Shown: positions 1 to 10,375, counted from the first letter of the stretch. The stretch is DNA of 25,903 bases from a virus (IMGVR_UViG_3300037755_001018:1-25903), one strand, 5' to 3'. Notes: generated by a model from the letters alone, not told the origin. Translations and numbers: made by a program.

Positions 1-1924
1 TCATATCCTGTTGTGACCAAAATGTCATTCTTCCTGGTGATATAACATGAACGCCGGTTTCATCCATTCTGAAAACCATAAGCTGACCATTAGCTAAAAC
101 ACGAATATCTAGTTTTCCGTTTCTGTAAGCATCATTTTGGTCGGCAAACCTGCGGTCAAAAGTATTGCCTATTCCCGCTCCACCAATCTGAATTAGAACA
201 TCACCATCTAGTGATGATGCATAACTAACTCCTTGTGTATCACGACCAATGCGTGAAATAATGCTTCCAGCTGTATCTATCCACATTGATTGTCTATCTA
301 TAGTGTTTGCACCAATATTTAGAGAAATGAATCCGTCTAGATTAATCGTGCCGCTTCTGCCACCTGCATTTGCATCAGGTCCAGTGACAATTAACTCATT
401 AGTTACTATTTGTGGTAGTTGCACGTTACTTGTATTAAGTGGATGATTGGCATCAAATGGACACAAATCCAATCCTGCCTCTACCCATGTAGCTCCTTCT
501 TGGAATTCAAGAACGGCCCGAGTAACATCGTGAAAAGCGGTACCAAGTTTTATTGGTGACTCAGTAATGCGATCAATGGCCTGGGAATACTCTGCCTTTT
601 CTCCACCAGGTGTAAGTGTGATATTTGATATACCGGCAAAACTCTCAAGAAAAATATCCTGACGATTCTCATTCTTCACGAAGGAATTAGGATCAATGTT
701 ATCATCTTCACGAGACAACAGGTTGGAATATGTTTCATGCCTGGTTAGTAGAGGAACATTACCGACTTCAGATGATGCAGGGATATTAATTTTGAATTGA
801 CCCTCTTTATCAATATCAACAGAGAATCGGCTTCTCTTGCGAGCATAATCAAACGTGTCATCTACATCTGGCGGGTTATCCGGTGGTGTCGTGGCTGGCC
901 CGCCTTTACGTGAGTTAATTTCAAAATGGAATGCTATGGACTTACGTACGGCTGTTCGTATCTTGTCAAAAGCTTCCGATTTCTTTGGATTCAGAACTAA
1001 CGATAAGCCTTCGGATCTTCCGATTGGAATTGCTACTCGGTTAATATCGATAATGTTACCTGCTGAATCCACAACAGTTCCCTTTACCGTCTCCATTAGG
1101 TGGTTAGGGTGTTCAAGTGACAGACCTAGCAAATTCGAGCGCATATCTGTCTTGTCAACCGTGGGATCTGGGTTTGCTTTGTTGCCCTCTACATATTCTC
1201 CAGATTCTTCGAAATCTGTTTTGAATGCATAGCTAACGCCAAACTCTGTAATTAATTCACGATCTTCTACAAGCGCCGGGTTACGAATCTCGTTACCTTT
1301 AGACCTTCTAGTAGCTTTAATGGTAGGGTCCAGCCCAATAGTGAATAGCGAATCTTCGTAGCTTTGAGCGTCCCTAGTAGAGTTCAGAATGTTTCTGTTA
1401 GCATTCTCGATTAGGTCCCTTCTTATCACCTGTATAACACGATTACCAGCTTCTGTGAACGCTAATTCGGCCTTGTAGTTATGACTAATGATGTTGCGCA
1501 CTGGATTAGCATGCAGAAATGAATCGGCATTTCCGACATGAATACCAAGTTTTGGATCTACAAATAAATGAATATCGTCTTTAACCTGGATTAGTGCGCG
1601 GCCGGGCTTTAGCATTTGCATTTGCGTAACGCCAGTAGATACGAACGGTTGATCAAACACATCATTGGATGTTTGATATCCAACTACATACCACTGACCG
1701 CCCTGTCCTTGACTGACTATTACGGAGCTACCTTGGGCAGGATACCCACCCATGAATTCACCATTTGGACCCATCCAAGCAGAGGGTATTGATGCATCAA
1801 ACTGGCTGTCTGATCCGAATAACCGACCCTCGTTCAGACCAACACGTACGGTACCATCGTCATTGTACTTAAGTATAGTAGCATCTCTGAAAAGACCAAT
1901 ATGTGTTGAGTTTTTAGCCGGCAT
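1..1924 (-). CDS. Baseplate central spike (gp5/gpV/VgrG-like OB-fold protein), 3'-truncated by window edge, >641 aa
   Basis: Not in the ORF track. Manual translation from ATG at 1924 is open to the window edge: MPAKNSTHIGLFRDATILKYNDDGTVRVGLNEGRLFGSDSQFDASIPSAWMGPNGEFMGGYPAQGSSVIVSQGQGGQWYVVGYQ... The G-x-V-x-V ... P-x-x-G-x-x-V-x-V ... VVG pattern fits the spike OB-fold. The distal part is short beta-strand-like segments (SGTINLDGFISLNIG, LDGDVLIQIG). It follows the hub gene with an 11-nt overlap. Confidence 0.75.
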   Translation of the reverse strand, partial: MPAKNSTHIGLFRDATILKYNDDGTVRVGLNEGRLFGSDSQFDASIPSAWMGPNGEFMGGYPAQGSSVIVSQGQGGQWYVVGYQTSNDVFDQPFVSTGVTQMQMLKPGRALIQVKDDIHLFVDPKLGIHVGNADSFLHANPVRNIISHNYKAELAFTEAGNRVIQVIRRDLIENANRNILNSTRDAQSYEDSLFTIGLDPTIKATRRSKGNEIRNPALVEDRELITEFGVSYAFKTDFEESGEYVEGNKANPDPTVDKTDMRSNLLGLSLEHPNHLMETVKGTVVDSAGNIIDINRVAIPIGRSEGLSLVLNPKKSEAFDKIRTAVRKSIAFHFEINSRKGGPATTPPDNPPDVDDTFDYARKRSRFSVDIDKEGQFKINIPASSEVGNVPLLTRHETYSNLLSREDDNIDPNSFVKNENRQDIFLESFAGISNITLTPGGEKAEYSQAIDRITESPIKLGTAFHDVTRAVLEFQEGATWVEAGLDLCPFDANHPLNTSNVQLPQIVTNELIVTGPDANAGGRSGTINLDGFISLNIGANTIDRQSMWIDTAGSIISRIGRDTQGVSYASSLDGDVLIQIGGAGIGNTFDRRFADQNDAYRNGKLDIRVLANGQLMVFRMDETGVHVISPGRMTFWSQQDM

Positions 1925-4900
1925 TATCTATCTGCTCCTGCTCTTCCTGCGAAGCCTGATCGTTTCCGGATGGCGTCTTAGAGCCCTGAAGTACCTGTAC
2001 CGGATCGGTAAATGTTACCCAAATATCCACAACAGAATTCGTTAGCGCACTTATCTCTCTCTTAAGAAGATCCTTCTGTTCTGAATCTTTCTGTGCCCCT
2101 GGATTTGTATCAGCGCCACTTTGTCCAGCCGCCTCTTCCTGAGCAGTTATTGATTCTCCATCAGTAGATATGCTGGATCTAGATGCTACTGAACGTGCCG
2201 CTGACCAAGCAGTATTAGATGGCGATCTTATTTCACCAAATATTCCTGGATTCAAATCAACCGTCTCTGTTTTAACACGATTAGCATCAATACGTGGCGG
2301 GTCTTCGCTAGTAGGAATCAATGTCTCTCCATCGTTGAATGCCGTATTTGATGGATCAATTACCCATGACTTCACTGCATCTGCAACTCGGGACAAATTA
2401 TCGCTACCTTCAAGGCTCACCTGTGCATCTGTGTTTTTGTAGGTCCTAATCTCCAAAGTAAGAACCTTACTGAAAGTTGATGGTGTAAGAACTCCGCTAA
2501 CAATCAAAAGCATATTGCTTAGCGTTTGTCTATTTGAATCACCGAACTCTCCGCCTACCAGCGCCCTAAGCGCATCAGAATTTGTCTCAACTGACACGCT
2601 ATTGTCAAAGATCAGCGTACCTATATGATTAGAGTTATCTACTCTCCCGTGCCTCACCTGGCGCGTTAACTCGGCCTGGTGCCTATTTGCATACAGCGTC
2701 TTTCCTATGATATCCAAATGAGTTGGTATGTACTCGCCAGGATTACGACCATACTTAAGATCAAGTCTAGTTTCAAATGCACTGTTGTATCCAAATTCAT
2801 GCTCTACCGATTCGGCGTAGAACAACATATCCCTATCTTCGATGTAGTATACCTCACCGGCTTGCATGTACTCGTTGCCGGCAACTGTACACGATCCTTG
2901 TAAGATATTTTTACGTGCTAGATTCAGCAAAAAAACGGCATATGGAGCGCATTGATTCACAGGGTCAGAGAAGAATGGTACCGAAAATCCTTTGCTGGCC
3001 ACTTTGAGTCCGTACATGCGCCACATGTCATAATCTACAGCCCATGCCGTGGCAATACCATTTCCGCCATCCCCAGTTTCTAATCCTGGTGTGTTCCTTA
3101 CAATTCCACCTCCAAGCTTACCATCAACCTGTACCATATTGTATGGCGGAGTCATTTCTGTAATAGTGAGGCTCTTTATTTGAGCATCATCTATGATAAA
3201 ACGACTTCCGGAATTTAGTCCGTAATCGTCATTATCTTCGTCCTCAATCATGTGCTCAAGTATTTCTGGTCGTTCCTTTTTCTGGAACAATGTTGGAAAT
3301 ATTAGTGAGTCCTGAGATGAACTTGAATCTGTTGCATTCACCCCAACTCCAGCGCGAAGATTCTTTACTGTTAACGCCAGTCTCTTAATCAATCTCTGTC
3401 TTTGTGATATGAACTGAGATATTTTATTGGTTACGTTTAGAATATCTACCTGGCTACGGCCAGCTAGTGACACTATGCGGCTGTTTGAAAACACGGCCTG
3501 TAAGTTGGCCGGTTGCTGCTGTCTAGTTCGTCTAAATAGCCTATTAGACAACTTAGCAATTTCGTTGTTGATGTTGTTAATGTTACCAGTAAAAGATTGT
3601 GGATCTTGGACGGCCGCTAATCTTGCCGTGGCATTGAAGGTCACTTTAGCATTGTATGGGCCCCTAAGAACATCCGAGAACTCTTCTAACGCTCCAGAGT
3701 TTCTGCTTTGTTGCAAATCAGGATCGTCTTGATCAATAAGGCTTCGTATATCGTTACTTAACTTACCTGTATTCCTATTAGTAAGGAACTCAAATGAACC
3801 GCCACTACCACTTCCGGCCAATAGCTGGCTAGCAGCTCCGTCACTTAAACGACCAAGGGCTGCAGCTCGCAATCGTATTTGATCCTCAACAATTTCCAAT
3901 TCATCGGCAAGCCCCTGAAGGCTGGTGAAAAACAATCTTTCTAGATAGCTAGGAAAAATCTGAATACCAGTTTGCGCCCTTTTTTGAAGCATGTTTCGGA
4001 ATACAGAGCTTGGCATTCTGTTGTACTGCGGTGGCCTTGCGTTTATGTGCCCTTGACTATCTGCAAACACCTCAAGGCCTAGCATCGTAGCTGCCATTTG
4101 AACTTGGCTGTCTACCGTCTGATACGTGCTGTTAAGGAAGTTCATCTTATCAGCTAACTCAAGTTCGAAGGCCCTGATGTCGTAGTTTTTATCGTACGAA
4201 TCATCAACAATGAACAGGTTAGGATCTTCGTTAGCTCTAACCTTCCAAATTCTTCTTCTAGTTAGATAGTTGGTTCTCGCGCGCAGCTCTTGTCGTGCCC
4301 TTCTGCGCTTCTCCTCGTTCTCTTCGTTATCCGTACCCGTAACGGTAGGATCGAATGAAATATCATCACCAAATATGCCAAGAGTACCTTCTGCTGATTG
4401 CAAATTTACATTACTGATGCTTTCAAAGAATGCATCTTGCGCCTCCTTGATATCTGCATCCAATGTAGTGACATCAAATGCCAAACTAACAAGACCTCCT
4501 ATCTCGGCCGGATCAGCCTGTTGAGCTGTGATAATTCCAGCTATACCCGTTCCATAGTTAGATGGCGATTCTCTTAGTTGTGGCGCAACCGAAGTTAATT
4601 CATCAAATGCTTCGGCACGTCTCCTAATCAATTGATTTAACCTTTCATTCTTTACCGATATGTCTACCTGTCCACTTGCAAGAAATTCATAAGCACTTTC
4701 ATTTATTATAAGTTTCTTGAATGGAACGAAATTACCCCAGGTGGCATTTTGATCGACTATCTGAGTAATCAATCCCTTAAAAAAGGATACTGACAAGTCT
4801 TTGTTTGTGAGATCGTTTTTGGATAGCTTACCGAATTCAATTGCACCACGAACGAAGTTGTTGAAGTTGTATGGCTGACCAGTTATTAGCAGAGACAAAA

Positions 4901-6953
4901 CGTTCATTACATCTTGTCCGGCGAATGGATTTGTGGTTATGCTTGGAGAGGTTTCGGCCCTGAATGATCCTAGATTGACATCAAAGTTGGAATAAGGCTC
5001 TCCCCATAGTACAAGCGAGCCAATGCCTTCTTTCCATCTATAAACAAATCCATCAGGGGGCGAATATTTATGTCGCAACATCCTGCTAAATTGCCGAGAT
5101 GCTTCAAACGGCTTGCCGCCGTTCACATTTTCTACGTCCCTAAGTTTAAAGATTGACTCATCAATTCCCGAGCCTCTCCACCTACCCAGCTTAGCACGAA
5201 CAGAACGAGAGCTTAGAAGTCTAACGTTGGCGTCTAGAAGCTCAGGAAACTCTCCTCGCTGAACGCCGGACGCTTCATCAAAATCTGATTTGAATGGAGT
5301 TAGGGGATCATATAGAGAACTGTTGAATACTTCTACAGACGGATTTGTGTTTATCTGCCCCATAGACAAATAAGTTGTATTATCGCCACAAGTAACATTA
5401 AGCGTATATTTACCAGAGTCTGCGTTATAACTATGAGATGCTTGTTTAGCAAGTCCGGCAAAAATACATGTACCAGAGCTTGATCTGGTAAAATCATTTC
5501 TCATCATGCCGTAAAGCCACAGCGGAAAATCTGGACCAGCAATGGCATTCTTCTCTTGTTCTAGACTTGACGTGCCGCTCCCGCCGCCACTAAACGTATC
5601 CTTTAAATCATTTAATGACGATTCAATATTACTAACAGTGTCATTGATATTATTTAGTAATGAATCGCTGCTAAAGTTATATTTAAGACCTTCAACAACT
5701 TTAGCATCACGCAACGTTTTTGATGATGCAAATATGTAAACCACATCCATCGGCTGAATGATAGGTTTGTTCAAATAATGCAAATCCATCTTTTTGCGAA
5801 TATAGTTTGTCTTGAGATTGTACTCTCTATTTTGAGATTGAGTCGTCTGAGCTAAGCTCATCAACAGATACATATTGTTAACAATTTGCTTGAATACATT
5901 TATCTCTTGACCCTGTAAACCGTTTATTCCTTCCAATGCTTGCGGATCAACGGAAACCGACCCACCGCCAGTAATTGTGTTGATACCAAGGATTCCGGCG
6001 TCGAATGAGAAGCCTATCTCGCGGCCCTCTTCATCAATAATCGCACGAACTTTCTTGAACAGAATAGTGTCTTCATTGACTAGGAAGAAAATACGCGAAG
6101 CTCCACGCTGCATCCTAACCTGGTTTAATCTGTCCTTTAAATCATTGATTGTTCGCTCTAACTGCGTTTGAGTAAAACTAAAGAAGTTGCTCTGTTTAAA
6201 CAGACTTGTTGCATCTGATATGGCTTGCTCAATATCTTCGTTGGTTATTATAGTTAGCTTGTATGGGTCCTCTACAGATATGTTCGCATTACCTTGACCA
6301 AACAATACACTGTTTTTACAATTGATTTGCGAAACTAATGTTAAGTCAAATGTTCCTGTGCCTTGACCCGTTTCTGATGCATACGGCAGTTCAGACGCAA
6401 TATTCCAGGTTGAAAAGAATTGCGGATCAGAAAATCGCTTAACTTTTCTTATTGTCTCAAACACAGCTTGTGTCTTCTGATTTATTAAGCCAGCAGTTGA
6501 TAGAATATCTACAGAGCTGAAAATTGCAGGCAATGCGTAATCACTAAATGTTCCTTCGTTCTTAGATGCTATTCTGTTGAACTTAGTTAGTCTTTCGTAG
6601 GCAGCAATGACCCTCATCTTGTTGTAGAACAACTGCTTCGTTGCTCTCAAGAACAGCTTATCGTCTTGATCCATAAGATCTGTTCTATAGCTCTCAGCCA
6701 AAGATGAGAATATTCTCTTTTTGATAACAACAGAGATATCAGGTTCCTGCATTATGACTTCGGACGCACGAGGGCGCACGTTTCTTATCGCACCTGATTC
6801 CAGGTACTGCCTATGCGCTGTTGTATCAATTTGGCTAGCTAAATCACCTATCTTTCCATAAGGCTTTCCTTTGAAATCTAGGTTGCCGGGTGCATTTTCT
6901 GCCAGACCAACTTGCTCCAGTAGCGATCCACTAAGATCTTCTAAAAACCCCAT
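1914..6953 (-). CDS. Large baseplate hub protein (gp27/P2 gpD/Mu gp44-like barrels with large insertions), 1679 aa
   Basis: Hub-like segments: PMDVVYIF, IFAGLAKQASHSY...YTLNVTCGD, GLEVFADSQGHINARPP, and GSCTVAGNEYMQAGEVYYI...FYAESVEHEF...FETRLDL. It lies between the tube initiator and the spike, with a TAATG stop/start overlap at 6951-6955. Confidence 0.7.
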   Translation of the reverse strand: MGFLEDLSGSLLEQVGLAENAPGNLDFKGKPYGKIGDLASQIDTTAHRQYLESGAIRNVRPRASEVIMQEPDISVVIKKRIFSSLAESYRTDLMDQDDKLFLRATKQLFYNKMRVIAAYERLTKFNRIASKNEGTFSDYALPAIFSSVDILSTAGLINQKTQAVFETIRKVKRFSDPQFFSTWNIASELPYASETGQGTGTFDLTLVSQINCKNSVLFGQGNANISVEDPYKLTIITNEDIEQAISDATSLFKQSNFFSFTQTQLERTINDLKDRLNQVRMQRGASRIFFLVNEDTILFKKVRAIIDEEGREIGFSFDAGILGINTITGGGSVSVDPQALEGINGLQGQEINVFKQIVNNMYLLMSLAQTTQSQNREYNLKTNYIRKKMDLHYLNKPIIQPMDVVYIFASSKTLRDAKVVEGLKYNFSSDSLLNNINDTVSNIESSLNDLKDTFSGGGSGTSSLEQEKNAIAGPDFPLWLYGMMRNDFTRSSSGTCIFAGLAKQASHSYNADSGKYTLNVTCGDNTTYLSMGQINTNPSVEVFNSSLYDPLTPFKSDFDEASGVQRGEFPELLDANVRLLSSRSVRAKLGRWRGSGIDESIFKLRDVENVNGGKPFEASRQFSRMLRHKYSPPDGFVYRWKEGIGSLVLWGEPYSNFDVNLGSFRAETSPSITTNPFAGQDVMNVLSLLITGQPYNFNNFVRGAIEFGKLSKNDLTNKDLSVSFFKGLITQIVDQNATWGNFVPFKKLIINESAYEFLASGQVDISVKNERLNQLIRRRAEAFDELTSVAPQLRESPSNYGTGIAGIITAQQADPAEIGGLVSLAFDVTTLDADIKEAQDAFFESISNVNLQSAEGTLGIFGDDISFDPTVTGTDNEENEEKRRRARQELRARTNYLTRRRIWKVRANEDPNLFIVDDSYDKNYDIRAFELELADKMNFLNSTYQTVDSQVQMAATMLGLEVFADSQGHINARPPQYNRMPSSVFRNMLQKRAQTGIQIFPSYLERLFFTSLQGLADELEIVEDQIRLRAAALGRLSDGAASQLLAGSGSGGSFEFLTNRNTGKLSNDIRSLIDQDDPDLQQSRNSGALEEFSDVLRGPYNAKVTFNATARLAAVQDPQSFTGNINNINNEIAKLSNRLFRRTRQQQPANLQAVFSNSRIVSLAGRSQVDILNVTNKISQFISQRQRLIKRLALTVKNLRAGVGVNATDSSSSQDSLIFPTLFQKKERPEILEHMIEDEDNDDYGLNSGSRFIIDDAQIKSLTITEMTPPYNMVQVDGKLGGGIVRNTPGLETGDGGNGIATAWAVDYDMWRMYGLKVASKGFSVPFFSDPVNQCAPYAVFLLNLARKNILQGSCTVAGNEYMQAGEVYYIEDRDMLFYAESVEHEFGYNSAFETRLDLKYGRNPGEYIPTHLDIIGKTLYANRHQAELTRQVRHGRVDNSNHIGTLIFDNSVSVETNSDALRALVGGEFGDSNRQTLSNMLLIVSGVLTPSTFSKVLTLEIRTYKNTDAQVSLEGSDNLSRVADAVKSWVIDPSNTAFNDGETLIPTSEDPPRIDANRVKTETVDLNPGIFGEIRSPSNTAWSAARSVASRSSISTDGESITAQEEAAGQSGADTNPGAQKDSEQKDLLKREISALTNSVVDIWVTFTDPVQVLQGSKTPSGNDQASQEEQEQIDNAG

Positions 6954-7873
6954 TATCCAAACAAACTGCTAAAATCATCCGCCAAACCCTCAAACTGACT
7001 TATAACATCAGATTGTGGTCTTTCCAAACGTCTTGGAGGATTGATGGAACCATCAATCAAACCACCAAAACTATGTGGTGGTCCAAATTCTGGATTAGAA
7101 TTACTTGGACCTGCCGTTGGGCTACGGTGCCAAGCCAAGAAGTTGCGACGGAATCCTCTCTTTTGAGTAACTGTAAAGTTGATTGTGTAATCAAACATGC
7201 CTAACTTATTCACGCTTTCCATAACAGAAAAAGACGTAAAAAATCCTCTATATACCTCGCCACTCCAGTACATTTCCACCTGAAAAGCCAGAGAAGCCAA
7301 TGTTGGTCCTTGCTGTGCTGCCTGTGGAAATGCTTGCTCTGATGCGCCAACTAGTGCGTTAAGAAAACCTCCGCCTCCAGATAGTGCAGATCCAATGCCA
7401 AAAACATCTCCAGCATACGTGTCTTGACTTTGTTTTTGAGCTAAAAATAATGCGTAAGGATCAAATGCAATCTGTTCATTTCTATAAATGTCATGAAGTA
7501 CGTTTATACCTTCAATTCCGGATGTACCGGTGGTTCCATTTATATTTAGCGTGGTTAGATTCTCCCCCCAATATTGTAGAATCCAGCCGCCTTTAGTGCG
7601 TTGAGAAGAAATATTCTTTGAATAGTCATACCGTATATCTTGTGGATTACAGTACATCTGTACTATTGGTCCTTCTGGAACCAGCCAGTGTACCAACTTG
7701 CGTCCAGTTACTGCTGTACGATCAGATGGTATTCTTCCCTGCCGAGTGCCTAAGCCTGTTGTAGAAGGCACCTGTGTTGCTTGGAAACCATCGGCAGACT
7801 GTGGCGAGCCTCCGGTAAATTGTTGAGCGATATCAAAAAGATCGCTAGATCCTGATGGTGGTGAAAATACCAT
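6953..7873 (-). CDS. Tube-fold baseplate/tail tube initiator protein (gp48/gp54-like), 306 aa
   Basis: Motif MYCNPQDIRYDYSKNISSQRTKGGWILQYWGENLTTLNINGTTG and YRGFFTSFSVMES...FDYTINFTV resemble tube-initiator proteins. It sits immediately downstream of the tape measure gene. Confidence 0.65.
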   Translation of the reverse strand: MVFSPPSGSSDLFDIAQQFTGGSPQSADGFQATQVPSTTGLGTRQGRIPSDRTAVTGRKLVHWLVPEGPIVQMYCNPQDIRYDYSKNISSQRTKGGWILQYWGENLTTLNINGTTGTSGIEGINVLHDIYRNEQIAFDPYALFLAQKQSQDTYAGDVFGIGSALSGGGGFLNALVGASEQAFPQAAQQGPTLASLAFQVEMYWSGEVYRGFFTSFSVMESVNKLGMFDYTINFTVTQKRGFRRNFLAWHRSPTAGPSNSNPEFGPPHSFGGLIDGSINPPRRLERPQSDVISQFEGLADDFSSLFG

Positions 7874-7890
7874 TGTTTATAGTTCCGTGT

Positions 7891-10020
7891 TTATTTTTGT
7901 GCCGGGATTCCGTTTTGTCCTGCTATCTGCTCGTAACCCATGGCGTTACCCCATTCATCAAGCCTGACCTTAATCAGTTGTTCAACATCATCCTTGCCCA
8001 TCACCTTGATTATTATGGTGCTAGGTTCGCCGCGATGCTGAGGGGTTTCTGGCTTTTCCTTTGGTGCGGCTTCCATATAAGCAGCCCCGGCGTTAACATC
8101 TCTGGCCGGCCGTTCATTCATAGCCATGAGGTCTTGATCATATTGAGGAGTAACGGCTGCCATTGGTGTTCCTCCACCGTGTGGCCCTTCTTCTCCGGCA
8201 ATAATTCCTTTCGCTTTATCTCCGGCTGCCTTGCCAATTGTCTTGATGCCCTCTGCTGTTTTGGCCAACTCCTGTGATAAACTTGTTGTTGGTACTTGAC
8301 CAATAACCTCCCGACCCATTGCACGTGTTTCTGTTCTGGCCCTCTGCTGCAATAATCTCTGCCCAAATGTACTCTCTCTACCAGTAGCTATTTTACGCAG
8401 TGCATCCAAGCTAAATGCCGCAATAACACTTTGTTTCTCGGCTTCGTTTCTAACAACGTTCAAAGCATCTAACTGATGTGTCTGAATATCGTTGCCCATT
8501 TGCACCGTATCAGCCAAAACATCTTCTGGCTTGCCAACCCCGGCAGCTGCCTCACCCATGGTAGGCATACCACCCTTAGCAAACGCTTCAAGAATTTTGA
8601 ATGCTTGTGCTTCAGTATCGGCAATCTTTAGCGGACCAGTAGTTAGCATTTGCACCTGTTTAGCCATTTGGGCGGCATCCCCTTGATTAGTTGCGGCCTC
8701 TTCCAGTGTTACCAATCGGCCTCCCATCATTTGCTTAAGTGTCTGCTCTACGTCTGCAAACACCTCATCCATTCGGCCCTCTTGCATCTTCAATGCCAAG
8801 TCATATCCACCAGCAAGTCCTCCAGGACCGCCAGTTTGGGAAGATACGAATGCACGCTGTGCAATATCCAATTGACCAGTTGCTTGAACCATGCCCGTTA
8901 CGATATCACGAATACCTTCTGGTCCAAGTCCCGACTCTCGTAAGGCGGGACCAAACCTAGCCATCACGTTGATTGCTGCTTGCGAGTTGTCACCAAGATA
9001 CTTGAATTGCTCAGCGGACTTCTGAGTAAAATCCCTCATCAAGTCCATTGGCATCTTTACATCCGCAGCGGCCCTGGCCATGCGCGCCACAACTTCAACC
9101 GCATCAGTGCCGGACACATTGAACTTACGAAGAATCATGTTTATATCTCCAGCAACTGCTTCGAAGTCTTGTCCGGTGCCTTGAGCTACCTTAATAGCCG
9201 CACTCATGATGTTCATAGTTTGCCCGGTTTCTCCACCAACACGAACAAGCAAATCAAGCTCTCCAGGAATTTTCCGCAGCATATTTGAAAGCCTAACTGC
9301 AGAATCAAATGACACATTGTTAGCATTGGCAACATCAACCATCTGGTTAGTATATTCAAGAACCTTGCCGGTCAAATTGCCCATATTTCCGCCCAAAGAG
9401 CTGACAACGTCTCCGAAATCACCTGCAGCAGCAGCATTACGTAAAAAAGCGTTTTCAAGATTATGTGCAGCATCAGCTTGCGCAAATACTGCGTTAATAT
9501 CCAGGCCCAAACTATTGAGTGTTTTGGCCAGCTTTTCTCCTCCTGGAATTAATGGTAATAGTTTGCCAGCCATTTCTCCTAACTGACCAGATGCCTCGCC
9601 AGCACTATCCGACATTTTTTTCATCTCTCCAGAGATACTCAACTTACCACTACCTACCAATACAAGTGACGCAATGGCACCCCCAAGCTCAATAGTCTGC
9701 TTTTCCGACATTGCACTAACGTCTATAAATGAGCCTATTTTGCTAGAAGTATCAGTAAAAAATTCTTTAATCATATCTATTCGGCTCTTATCAAAAGAAT
9801 TCATTAATCCTTTAATAATACCAGTTGCTCCTGGCAAACTTCTGGCAAAATCTGCAGCAGCACCGTCTAGCTGAATGAACTGATCAACGGCAGATTTTCC
9901 TGCAGACGACATACTATCAAGCGCTCCTTTAGCTATACCAAGGCTGCCATTCATATCATCTATAGCATTCTTGGCAGCCTCTGCTCCCTCTTGAATTTCG
10001 ATAAGGTCTATGTCAGCCAT
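7891..10020 (-). CDS. Tail tape measure protein, 709 aa
   Basis: Ala/Gly/Met/Gln-rich, apparently all-helical composition with no Cys. Canonical position directly after the frameshifted chaperone. Its start overlaps the GT stop (ATGGCTGA) and has AAGGTG upstream. Confidence 0.8.
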   Translation of the reverse strand: MADIDLIEIQEGAEAAKNAIDDMNGSLGIAKGALDSMSSAGKSAVDQFIQLDGAAADFARSLPGATGIIKGLMNSFDKSRIDMIKEFFTDTSSKIGSFIDVSAMSEKQTIELGGAIASLVLVGSGKLSISGEMKKMSDSAGEASGQLGEMAGKLLPLIPGGEKLAKTLNSLGLDINAVFAQADAAHNLENAFLRNAAAAGDFGDVVSSLGGNMGNLTGKVLEYTNQMVDVANANNVSFDSAVRLSNMLRKIPGELDLLVRVGGETGQTMNIMSAAIKVAQGTGQDFEAVAGDINMILRKFNVSGTDAVEVVARMARAAADVKMPMDLMRDFTQKSAEQFKYLGDNSQAAINVMARFGPALRESGLGPEGIRDIVTGMVQATGQLDIAQRAFVSSQTGGPGGLAGGYDLALKMQEGRMDEVFADVEQTLKQMMGGRLVTLEEAATNQGDAAQMAKQVQMLTTGPLKIADTEAQAFKILEAFAKGGMPTMGEAAAGVGKPEDVLADTVQMGNDIQTHQLDALNVVRNEAEKQSVIAAFSLDALRKIATGRESTFGQRLLQQRARTETRAMGREVIGQVPTTSLSQELAKTAEGIKTIGKAAGDKAKGIIAGEEGPHGGGTPMAAVTPQYDQDLMAMNERPARDVNAGAAYMEAAPKEKPETPQHRGEPSTIIIKVMGKDDVEQLIKVRLDEWGNAMGYEQIAGQNGIPAQK

Positions 10021-10375
10021 TCACTACACCTTGGCGCCTACGTCGTCTCCTACGCCTAGTCTGCTTGTCAGCAGCTTCTCTTTCTACATCCTCCTCAATC
10101 ATCTTTGTCGTTGCCTCGAAGTCAGCATCCGAAGACTCGAAGGTTGGATTCTCGCTAGCTATCATCCTCTTAGCCAACTCCATGTTAGAGAAGGAACCAG
10201 TCAGAATGGCGTAATTTCTAGTAAAGTCGTTCTTTTCCCTAAGATCCTGGATCCAGCTCTCATACATCCAAAGATAAAGAAGAGGATTTATATTTTCGAA
10301 CCAAGGATCGTTAGGTTCCTTTCTGAAGGTCTTACATAGATACCATAAAAATCTATGATCTGGTTCCTTTACGAT
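10013..10375 (-). CDS. -1 frameshift extension (T part) of the tail assembly chaperone, giving a G-T fusion of about 383 aa from the 11163 start
   Basis: The frame of ORF 10013..10267 stays open upstream to the slippery run: IVKEPDHRFLWYLCKTFRKEPNDPWFENINPLLYLWMYESW... It is closed by a TGA only a few codons before A AAA AAA. No SD is visible before the ATG at 10267. Confidence 0.85.
   Translation of the reverse strand: MVKEPDHRFLWYLCKTFRKEPNDPWFENINPLLYLWMYESWIQDLREKNDFTRNYAILTGSFSNMELAKRMIASENPTFESSDADFEATTKMIEEDVEREAADKQTRRRRRRRRQGVVNG

Noticed and set aside
10013-10267. Stand-alone 84-aa gene
   Set aside because: No SD, and the frame is open upstream to the slippery site. It is better explained as the frameshift extension.
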